The position numbers and the translations under genes are program-made. A stretch of DNA of 64,000 bases from Cenarchaeum sp. (GTDB lineage Archaea; Thermoproteota; Nitrososphaeria; Nitrososphaerales; Nitrosopumilaceae). Under the pieces are notes generated by a model, which made no database searches, was not told the origin of the DNA, and worked only from the letters and a program-made list of their open reading frames with translations. This document shows, piece after piece, positions 49,181 through 61,100 of the stretch; position 1 is the stretch's first letter; every line of letters starts with the position of its first letter. The stretch is taken from NCBI GenBank assembly GCA_965212015.1, contig OZ243037.1, positions 448,001 to 512,000 of the forward strand, written 5' to 3'.

Positions 49181-52100
49181 CTAGGGTTCCGTACTGGCGC
49201 CGTCTGTGTCGAATATTATTATGGTCTCCTTCAGGTCGTCAAACGCCGGTTCCGTATAGATTTTCCCGTACAGGGCGTCGCGGATTCGCTCCATGTTGGT
49301 AGTGTGCCAGTCGAGCTTTTCTGCAAAGGCATCACACGCCCTGTTGTCAATGTCCCTGCACGATGACACCATGCTCGGAGTCGGCCTGTCCACATAGCGC
49401 CACGTGTCCCACTCGTTCTTGGTCCAGGTGTCGCCGAACTGGTCAGTCCAGATATCTGCGAGCTTGTCAGTCCTGGTCAGCTGTATTACCAGCGGTTCTG
49501 ACTGGGAGGCGCTTTTCGTGCTGCGCGTCACTACTGGCAGCTCGTTGAGCGTCTCGCCCTGCACCAGAATTCCCTCGTTGAGATAGTTTATCGTGCCTCG
49601 CAGCTTGTAGTCAGTTGCGTGTATGGCAAACGGCACGTGGTACATTTCCTCGCGGAACAATACGCCCGTTATGTCAAGCTGTATGCAGTCAAGCTCGGGA
49701 TCGCCTGGCAGGCACTTTACCTGTGACACTGCAAATGTGGCGTTCTGGCCTATTACATTGTTCTTGTTCGTATAGCTTATCTTGTCTATAGAATGGGTGG
49801 ACGGTTCCGTATAGTTGCGCACCAAATCTATTGTGATTACTGCCTCTGCACTGTTTATCGGCGCGCCAATGTCCGGCACGCTAAATGCCAGCTCGAACTG
49901 TTTTACGCCCCGCTGTGCGTACGTCTTTAGCGCAAAGTCGTGGGTGGAGTTTGTCTGGATTGTCTGCCTGGTATAGTTTACGTGGTAATCCAGCACGTCT
50001 GTGCACCGCCCGTCAATCGAATACCCGCATGAGACTATCGGGTCGCCCGTAATGTGCGAGCTTCCAAATGTGGGCTTTGTGCGCCATCCGGGGTCGCCTG
50101 TCCTGTCATCGGAGCTGGTGCTGAGCGCACGTGTAAAGTTCTTGAGCGTGTTTGTTACATCATCCTTGATGAATCCATCGGTTTGGGTATACGTTACCTG
50201 CGGCGTATGATATTCGGGTATGGGATCCTTAAAGTGCAGAATCACGCTTTGGTTGTTGGATAAGGCTATATTGTCGGCATACATCGGGCCGGGGATGCTC
50301 TCAATGGTCATGTTGGATACCTTAAAGTCGGTGACATTTACAGAGTCAATATTGTTTACAGGCTCGGACATGGCAAGCAGGATTGCAGTGGAATTCATCA
50401 TCCTGACGCCGGTTACTGTCGGATCCGTAAAGTCAAATTCTAGATCAATCATGTTTGAGTCGATGTTGGGATTTCCTTCTTGATTCATTACGCTGCCTGC
50501 AGGTATGTATACTGGCACCATTCCGTCGTCTCCGTCGTAAGTTAGAGTAAAGTTGAACATATCAGAAGGCGAGGTATTAGACGCGGTACCAAATATAGAG
50601 CCAGGAGTCGATATTTCATATATATCTATCATAAAGCCAAGATCATTAATACCCATAGTGGTGCCATCCATAGTATTGCCGCCCACATTAACGGCAGTTT
50701 CATTAAAGCCAATTACATTCACATCAAACATTACGCTAAACTGTACAATTCCGTTATTTCTTTTTAATTCATCTGTGGTGGATAGTATTGGTTTCGGACC
50801 CACATCGTTTACGGAATCAACAGTAAGAATGAACTCATCGCTTGCCGTTTCCCCGTCATCGTCGCGGGCCGTAACGGTGATTGTCGCGCTTCCAAACTCC
50901 ATGCTTGTAGACGAAATTTCCAGCATGTTGTTTACAATACTTACTGTTGCCGCGTTGCCGACCGATGTCGCATCATACGTCAGTACATCCTCATCCACAT
51001 CCGTAAAGTGGCTCTCAACTTCTATCTCAAAGGAGTCAAAGTCCTCGTCCCTCATGATATCATCGAATTGCGTCACCAGTGTGGGCGGATCATTTACCGG
51101 CGTCACCGTCAGTACAAACTCATCCTGTATGGTGGCCTCGCCGTCAGTTGCCGATATTGTCAGTGTGGCCGCACCGTTCACGTCCTGTATGGAGCCGATC
51201 GTCAGCGTATTCCCAGAGACGGTCGCCGTGACCAGATCATCCTGTCCCGTTACATCATACGTCAGCGCGTCCTCGTCCGGATCGCTGAAGTGACCAGACA
51301 GGTCTATCGTAAAGGCCTCAAAGTCCTCGTCCCGTGTGAGGTCTGGCAGCGATGTATCCAGTACCGGCACATCGTTTACGGAATCAACAGTAAGGATGAA
51401 CTCATCGCTTACAGTTTCCCCGTCCCCATCGGTTGCCATAACGGTGATTGTCGCGCTTCCAAACTCCATGCTTGTCGCGGTGATCTCTAGCATGTCATCG
51501 TTTGTGATTACAACAGACACCACGTCCACATCCGATGTCGCACCATACGTCAGCTCGTCCCCGTCCACATCCGTAAAGTGGCTCTCAACTTCTATCTCAA
51601 AGGAGTCAAAGTCCTCGTCCCTCACGATGTTATCGAACGGCGTCACCAGTGTGGGCGGATCATTTACCGGCGTCACCGTCATCTCAAAGCTGTCCTGTAT
51701 CGATTCTGGCCCGTCGCTTGCCGTTATCGTCAATGTGGCCGCACCGTTCACGTCCTGTATGGAGCCGATCGTCAGCGTGTTTCCAGAGACGGTTGCCGTG
51801 ACCACGCCGCTCTGGCCGCTCACAGTGTATTCCAGGCCGTTCCCGTCAGGATCACTGAAATGATTCGACAGGTCTATCGTAAAGGCCTCAAAGTCCTCGT
51901 CCCGTGTGAGGTCTGGCAGCGATGTATCCAGTACCGGCACATCGTTTACGGAATCAACAGTAAGGATGAACTCATCGCTTACAGTTTCCCCGTCCCCGTC
52001 GGTTGCCATAACGGTGATTGTCGCGCTTCCAAACTCCATGCTTGTCGCGGTGATCTCTAGCATGTCATCGTTTGTGATTACAACAGACACCACGTCCACA

Positions 52101-55100
52101 TCCGATGTCGCACCATACGTCAGCTCGTCCCCGTCCACATCCGTAAAGTGGCTCTCAACTTCTATCTCAAAGGAGTCAAAGTCCTCGTCCCTCACGATGT
52201 TATCGAACGGCGTCACCAGTGTGGGCGGATCATTTACCGGCGTCACCGTCATCTCAAAGCTGTCCTGTATCGATTCTGGCCCGTCGCTTGCCGTTATCGT
52301 CAATGTGGCCGCACCGTTCACGTCCTGTATGGAGCCGATCGTCAGCGTATTCCCAGAGACGGTCGCCGTGACCAGATCATCCTGTCCCGTCACATCATAC
52401 GTCAGCGCGTCCTCGTCCGGATCGCTGAAGTGACCAGACAGGTCTATCGTAAAGGCCTCAAAGTCCTCGTCCCGTGTGAGGTCTGGCAGCGATGTATCCA
52501 GTACCGGCACATCGTTTACGGAATCAACAGTCAGGCTGAACGCACCGCTTGCCGTTTCATCGTCCCCGTCGGTTGCCGTAACGGTGATTGTCGCGCTTCC
52601 AAACTCCATGCTTGTCGCGGTGATCTCTAGCATGTCATCGCTCGTGATTCGAACAGACACCACGTCCACATCCGATGTCGCACCATACGTCAGTACATCC
52701 TCATCCACGTCCGTAAAGTGGCTCTCAACTTCGATCTCAAAGGAGTCAAAGTCCTCGTCCCGTGTAATGTCCTCAAACGGCGAGGATAGTACGGGTGCAT
52801 CGTTTACAGGCGTCACAGTCAACACAAACTCATCCTGTGTGGTGGCCTCGCCGTCGGTTGCCGATATTCTCAGTGTGGCCGCACCGTTCACGTCCTGTAT
52901 GGATTCCACTGTCAGCATATTCCCAGAGACGGTTGCCGTGACGATGCCGCTCTGGCCGCTCACAGTATAATCCAGACCGGTACCGTCCGGATCACTGAAA
53001 TGATTCGACAGGTCTATCGTAAAGGCCTCAAAGTCCTCGTCCCGTGTGAGGTCTGGCAGCGATGTACCCAGTACCGGCACATCGTTTACGGAATCAACAG
53101 TCAGGCTGAACGCACCGCTTGCCGTTTCATCGTCCCCGTCGGTTGCCGTAACGGTGATTGTCGCGCTTCCAAACTCCATGCTTGTCGCGGTGATCTCTAG
53201 CATGTCATCGCTCGTGATTCGAACAGACACCACATCCACATCCGATGTTGCACCGTACGTCAGCGCGTCGCCGTCAACATCCGTAAAGTGGCTCTCAACT
53301 TCTATCTCAAAGGAGTCAAAGTCCTCGTCCCGTGTAATGTCCTCAAACGGCGAGGACAGTACGGGTGCATCGTTTACAGGCGTCACCGTCAACACAAACT
53401 CATCCTGTGTGGTGGCCTCGCCGTCGGTTGCCGATATTCTCAGTGTGGCCGCACCGTTCACGTCCTGTATGGATTCCACTGTCAGCATATTCCCAGAGAC
53501 GGTTGCCGTGACGATGCCGCTCTGGCCGCTCACAGTATAATCCAGACCGGTACCGTCCGGATCACTGAAATGATTCGACAGGTCTATCGTAAAGGCCTCA
53601 AAGTCCTCGTCCCGTGTGAGGTCTGGCAGCGATGTACCCAGTACCGGCACATCGTTTACGGAATCAACAGTAAGGATGAACTCATCGCTTACAGTTTCCC
53701 CGTCCCCGTCGGTTGCCGTAATGGTGATTGTCGCGCTTCCAAACTCCATGCTTGTCGCGGTGATCTCTAGCATGTCATCGCTCGTGATTAGAACAGACAC
53801 CACATCTACATCCGATGTCGCATCATACGTCAGCTCGTCCCCGTCCACGTCCGTAAAGTTGCCCGACGGGTCTATCGTGAACAAATCAAAGTCCTCGTTA
53901 CGCGTAATGTCATTGAACGGCGAGGACAGTACGGGTGCATCGTTTACGGGCGTCACAGTCAACACAAACTCATCCGGTGTGGTGGCCTCGCCGTCAGTTG
54001 CCGATATCCTCAGCGTGGCCGCACCGTTCACGTCCTGTATGGAGTCGATCGTCAGCACATTCCCAGAGACGGTTGCCGTGACCACACCACTCTGGCCGCT
54101 CACAGTGTATTCCAGGCCGGTACCGTCAGGATCACTGAAATGATTCGACAGGTCTATCGTAAAGGCCTCAAAGTCCTCGTCTTCTGTCCTGTCCGGCAGT
54201 TCCACGTTCAATACTGGCTCATCATTGACGGAGTCAACAGTAAGGATGAACTCATCGCTTGCCGTTTCCCCGGCCACGTCGCGGGCCGTAACGGTGATTG
54301 TCGCGCTTCCAAACTCCATGCTTGTAGACGAAATTTCCAGCATGTTGTTTACAATACTTACTGTTGCCGCACCTCCGACTACCGTCGCACCATACGTCAG
54401 CGCGTCGCCGTCAACATCCGCAAAGTGATCCGATGGGTCTATTGTAATGGTTGCAAAGTCCTCGTTACGCGTAATGTCCTCAAACGGCGAGGATAGTACG
54501 GGTGCATCGTTTACGGGCGTCACCGTCATCTCAAAGCTGTCTTGTGTGGTGGCCTCACCGTCGGTTGCCGATATTGTCAGTGTGGCCGCACCGTTCACGT
54601 CCTGTATGGAGTCGATCGTCAGCGTGTTTCCAGAGACGGATGCCGTGACCACACCACTCTGGCCGCTCACAGTGTATTCCATGCCGGTACCGTCAGGATC
54701 ACTGAAATGATTCGACAGGTCTATCGTAAAGGCCTCAAAGTCCTCGTCTTCTGTCCTGTCCGGCAGCTGCAAATCCGATACTGGGGGCGCCGTGTTGTCT
54801 ATATCGTTGGTGACTGGTTCATTTGTAAAGTCTTCAAGCGAGTTTGTCGCCAGATCCTCGATGTTACCAACCGTTCCGGTATAGGAGACCAGCGGCAAGT
54901 CTGCATTAGTTATGGAATCGTCCAGATTCAGGGTTATGGTGCTGCCAGATACTGCAATCGAGACGACTGACGGGTTTGTTGCCACACCAGAGATGGCAAA
55001 GTCGGTGGCAGTCGCGGATCTGTCAAAGACGGGCTCGGACATGTCAAGTGCGATAATGTTGCTGCCAGGTACCGAACCGCCCGTCACCGTCGGCGGTGTG

Positions 55101-58100
55101 GTGTCGATCGTGAATCGAACCGTGTTTGATACGACGCTGGGGTTTCCTTGGCCGTCGCGCGCGGCACCGGCCAGTATGGACACGGTTACCTCCCCGTCTG
55201 CGGTGGCCTGGATGTTAAAGTTGTAGACGGTGGCATTTGCCGGGACAAAGGTATGCTCCTGGATGCCTGCGGATCCGGACACTTTGATTCCCGTGGCGTT
55301 AAAGCCGGTTACGGGCTCGTCAAACCGTACGGTAAACGGTATAATTTCACGGTTGGTCAGATCTATGTTGCCGTTCGATACAGTCGGTACGGGCGCCGTG
55401 TTGTCTATATCGTTGGTGACCGGCTCATCCTCAAAGTCTGCAAGTCGGTTTGTCGCCAGATCCTCGATGGCACCGGATGATGCCGCATAGCTTACTGTAG
55501 GAGAATCACCGTCGGTTACGGCGTTGTTCAGGTTCAGGGTTATTGTACTGCCAGATACTGCAATCGAGACGACTGACGGGCCTGATGACACGCCGGAGAT
55601 GGCAAAGTCGGCGGCAGTCGCGGATCTGTCAAATACGGGCTCGGACATTTCAAGTACGATAATGTTGCTGCCAGGTACCGAACCGCCCGTCACCGTCGGC
55701 GGTGTGGTGTCGATCGTGAATCGAACCGTGTTTGATGCGACGCTGGGGTTTCCTTGGCCGTCGCGCGCGGCACCGGCAAGTATGGACACGGTTACCTCCC
55801 CGTCGTCGTCGGCCTGGATGTTAAAGTTGTAGACGGTGGCATTTGCCGGGACAAAGGTATGCTCCTGGACGCCTGCGGATTCGGACACCGCAATGTCCGT
55901 GGCGTTAAAGCCGGTTACGGGCTCGTCAAACCGTACGGTAAACGGTATAATTTCACGGTTGGTCAGATCTATGTTGCCGTTCGATACAGTCGGTACGGGC
56001 GCCGTGTTGTCTATATCGTTGGTGACCGGCTCATCCTCAAAGTCTGCAAGCGGGTTTGTCGCCGTATCGTTTATGCTTCCAAATCGTGCAACATACGTGA
56101 CTGTCAGGGAATCCGTCTCTACTATGTTGCGGTTGACTGTAATGTCTATCATACTGCCAGAGACCTCTACCGATTCTACCTGGCCGCCGGTGCTTATGCC
56201 AAATACGGTAAAGTCAAACGAAAGATCGCCGTCATCAATTACCGGCTCTGACATTACAAGGCGGATTGTAGTGGCGTCAAGTACCAAGGCCGTATCCACC
56301 ACCGGCGGTATGGTGTCGATTGTGACCGTGACGGGATCGGATGCCTCGCTGTCATTGCCCGCATCGTCGCGCGCGGCACCTGCCAGTATGGACGCTGTGA
56401 CTGTCCCGTCTGTGTCGCCGCGGTTTACATCAAAGGTATAGCTTGCGCCGTCGCCTTCCGGTATAGTCGCCGTGGCGCCCGATGTGCCCGTAACGCTGAT
56501 GCCGGACATGTCAAAGCCGGTTACTGACTCGCTGAATTCGACGGTATACGTAACGGTTTGAGAGTTTGTAAAGTCAGACGATGTGGTCTCAAAGGAGATT
56601 ATTGTCGGTGGCGTGTTGTCTATATCGTTGGTGACTATTTGGTTTGCAAAGTCTGCAAGCGGGTTTGTCGCCGTATCGTTTATGCTTCCAAATTGTGCGG
56701 CATACGTGACTGTCAGGGAATCCGTCTCTACCATGTTGCGGTTGACTGTAATGTCTATCATACTGCCAGAGACCTCTACTGATTCGACCTGGCCGCCGGA
56801 GCTTATGCCAAATACGGTAAAGTCAAACGAAAGATCGCCGGTCTCAGATACCGGCTCTGACATTACAAGGCGGACCGTTCTTGCGTCCAGTACGGATGCG
56901 CTATCCACCTCCGGCGCTATCCTGTCTATCGTGATCTCGTGCAGTGACGATTCAATGTTTGAATTTCCCGCAGCATCAGTCGCAATAAATGGAAGCACCT
57001 GCGCAGTCACGTTACCCTCGTTTATGCCGTGAGAAATGGTAAAGTCATAGACGCCGGCAGAGACCTCTACAATTGAGGGCACCGCCAGAGAGATGCCGCG
57101 GGCAGACACGCCGATATCAGATGCTACAAATTCGTCCACATCCTCGCCAAAGTCCACTGTATACTGTATTGCGGCAGAGTTTGTCAGTCCAGTCGCGTTG
57201 GCAGATATGGTCGGAACAGGACGCTCCGTGTCTATTGTGATTGTAATTTCATCTGATGCCTCGCTGTCATTGCCCGCATCATCGCGCGCGGCGCCTTCTG
57301 ATAGCGAGACAATTACCGTGCCGTCAGTTGTGCCGCGGGTCACAGTAAAGGTATGGCTTGCACCAGAACCAGTCGGGGTATTTGCCGCGGCACCGGAGGT
57401 TCCCGTGACGCTGATGCCGGACACACTATCAAAGGTGACCGGCTCGCTGAATACGACATCATACGTGATGGTGGAGACCCTTGTGGGATTGGATGATGTG
57501 GTCGTAAAGGAGATTATCGTCGGCGATGTGTCGTCTGCCTCGTTGGAGATTGTACGTGTAAAGTCTGCAAGCGGGTTTTCCGCCGGATCCGTGACGGTGC
57601 CGGCCGATGCCGCATATGTTACCGCAGGCGTGTCCGTGTCGATTATGGCATTGTTCAGGTTCAGGGTTATGGTATTCCCCGATACTACAATCGAGGTGAT
57701 TCCCGATTAGAGCGTTACGCCGGAGATGGTAAAGTCGGCTTCATTACCGCCCGTTACGTCCTCGGATATCTCCAGTACGATGGTGTTGCTGTCCGGTATG
57801 GAATCGCCAGTCACCGTCGGCGGCGTGATATCGAATGTAAATACGACGACATTTGACGTCGTGCTGAGGTTTTGGTCATCATCAACTGCGGCGCCATGGG
57901 CAATGAATACGGTTATCTCGCCGTCCGAATCTACACGCTCCACATCAAAGGTATAGTCCACATTGTCATCTGTAACAAGGCTGCCCGGAACGACTCTGGC
58001 CGGTCCATTCACGGTAATCTCGTCCTCGGCAAGGCCGGTTACGGACTCGTCAAACCGTACGGTAAACGGCAGCGGAGACTGGTTGGTCAGCGATATGTCG

Positions 58101-61100
58101 CCGTTTGATACCGTGGGTGTCGGCGGCGTGGTGTCAAGCTCGTTTGTAACTGTAAAGCCGGAGAAATCCGCAAGAATGTTTGTCGCAGTGTCGTTTATGC
58201 TTCCGGTAGTTCTGGCGTATGATAGCACCAGGACGTCATCATCTTCTATGTCAATTTCGAATGCAAGGTCGATTGTATTGTCACCAAAGGTTGCGGACAG
58301 GGGATCCGGATCCGTGGCAATGCCAGATACCCTAAAGTTAAACGGAACAGATTCACTGTCGACTATACCCTCGGACATTACAAGTCGGACCGTTCTTGCG
58401 TCCAGTACGGATGCGCTATCCACCTCCGGCGGTACCCTGTCGACTGTAAGCACGAGCGGAACCGATGCGGCGTTTGTGTTGCCCGCAAGATCCGTTGCCG
58501 CACCCGCGCGCACGGACGCCGTCAATTCTCCCTCGGTAATGTCGTGGCTTACACCATAGGTGTAGGTAACGCCGCTGCCCCCAAAGATTACGGTGGTCTC
58601 CGACGATCCTTCCAACACTATATCATCAAAGGAGACGCCGGTTATGGTTTCGTCAAAGCTTGCCTCATACTGGATGGTTCCAAGGTTGGTCGGCGACTGC
58701 GCATCGGCAGATATTGTAACGGTCGGGGGTATGGTGTCTATCGTGCGGGTGACCGAACCTGATGCGGTGTTTGGGTTGCCCGCATCATCACGCGCGGCAT
58801 CTTCCGGTATCAACACTGTAATCGTGCCGTCGGTACTGCCGCGGTTCACGGTAAAGGTATATTCCGCACCGCTGCCCGTCGGGGCATTCACCGTGCCGCC
58901 GGATGTACCCGTGATGGTGACATCGGATGCATCATCAAAGCCGGTTACGGATTCACTGAACCGTACTGTAAACGTAATGCTCGTAGAGTTTGTGTGCTCG
59001 GGCAGTGTGGTCTCAAAGATGGTTATAGTCGGCCTCGTGGTGTCAATTTCATTCTCCACTGTATGGTCTGTGAATGCGGCAAGCGGGTTTGTCGCCAGAT
59101 CCTCGATGCTGCCGGCCGTTCCGGTGTATGAGACTGCGGGATTGTCGGCATCCGTTATGAGGCCGTTTAATTCCAGCGTTACCGTGCTGCCGGTAATGAC
59201 AATGGAGGAGACCGACGGGTTTGTCGCCACGCCAGATATGGTAAAGTCGGATGCCGCACCACCGGAGACGGATTCGGATATCTCCAGTATGATGGTGTCA
59301 GTATCAGATACCGAGGCGGCAATCACGGTCGGCGGAGTGGCGTCTGTCATGATTTCAACTGGTGATGATGAAAAGCTGAGATTATCATCCGTATCGCGTG
59401 CGGCGCCCTCCAGTATAGTGACGGTGACGATCCCGTCAGATACCCCTCGGGTGACAACAAATTCATAGTCTCTGCCCGTACCCGTCGGTTCTGCTACCGT
59501 GCCGCCGGAGGTTCCCGTGACGCCGATGCCGGCCGCGCTAAAGCCGGTGACGGACTCGCTGAATTGTACTGTATATGTTATGGTCTGCGAGTTTGTGGGA
59601 TTGGGTGATCCTGTTCCAAAGGAGGTTACCGACGGCCTCGTGGTGTCAATTTCGTTGGTTACTGTAAAGCCGGCAAAGTTTGCAAGCCGGTTTGTCGCAG
59701 GATCCTCGATTTCTCCGGCAGTCCGGGCATAGGAGACTGTGGGATTGTCGGCATCAGTCAGGGACGGGGCCAGGCTCAGCTCTACCGTACTGCCGGATAC
59801 AGATAACGATGATACCACATGGTTGGATGCGGTACCAGCGATGGTAAAGTCAGAGGCGGTGGCGCCATCATCAGATACCGGTTCTGAGAGATCGAGCCGG
59901 ATTATATTCGGGTTTACCACCTCGGCGCCGGTTACCGTCGGCGGCGTGGCATCGACTGTTATTTCAACTGGTGATGATGCAAAGCTGAGATTATCATCCG
60001 TATCGCGTGCGGCATTCTCCAGTATCGTGACAGTTACGATTCCGTCAGATACCCCTCGGGTGACGACAAATTCATAGTCTCTGCCCGTACCCGTCGGTTC
60101 TGCTACCGTGCCGCCGGAGGTTCCCGTGACGCCGATGCCGGCCGCGCTAAATCCGGTGACGGACTCGCTGAATTGTACTGTATATGTTATGGTCTGCGAG
60201 TTTGTGGGATTCGATGATGTGGTGGTAAAGTCAGTTACCGACGGCCTCGTGGTGTCAATTTCATTCTCCACTGTATGGTCTGTGAATGCGGCAAGCGGGT
60301 TTGTCGCCAGATCCTCGATGCTGTCGGCCGTTCCTGTATAGGAGATTAGCGGTGTGTCGGCATCCGTTATGAGGCCGTTTAATTCCAGCGTTACCGTGCT
60401 GCCGGTGATGACAATGGAGGAGACCGACGGGTTTGTTGCCACACCGTTTATGGTAAAGTCAGATGCCGCGCCGCCAGAGACGGGCTCGGATATCTCCAGT
60501 ATAATGGTGTCAGTATCAGATACCGAGGCTCCAGTTACAGTAGGCGCTATCCTGTCTATCGTGATCTCGTGCAGTGACGATTCAATGTTTGAATTTCCCG
60601 CAGCATCAGTCGCAATAAATGGAAGCACCTGCGCAGTCACGTTACCCTCGTTTATGCCGTGAGAAATGGTAAAGTCATAGACGCCGGCAGAGACCTCTAC
60701 AATTGAGGGTACCGCCAGAGAGATGCCGCGGGCAGACACGCCGATATCAGATGCTACAAATTCGTCCACATCCTCGCCAAAGTCCACTGTATACTGTATT
60801 GCGGCAGAGTTTGTCAGTCCAGTCGCGTTGGCAGATATGGTCGGGACAGGACGCTGCGTGTCTATTGTGATTGTAATTTCATCTGATGCCTCGCTGGGAT
60901 TGCCCGCATCATCGCGCGCGGCGCCTTCTGATAGCGAGACAATTACCGTGCCGTCAGTTGTGCCGCGGGTCACAGTAAAGGTATGGCTTGCACCAGAACC
61001 AGTCGGAGTATTTGCCGCGGCACCGGAGGTTCCCGTGACGCTGATGCCGGACACACTATCAAAGGTTACCGGCTCGCTGAATACGACATCATACGTGATG

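Noticed and set aside
50800-54790. Diversity-generating retroelement template/variable repeats
   Set aside because: Differences are blockwise and not adenine-specific; no reverse transcriptase in the window
57707-57709. Selenocysteine or pyrrolysine readthrough
   Set aside because: The codon is TAA, not TGA or TAG
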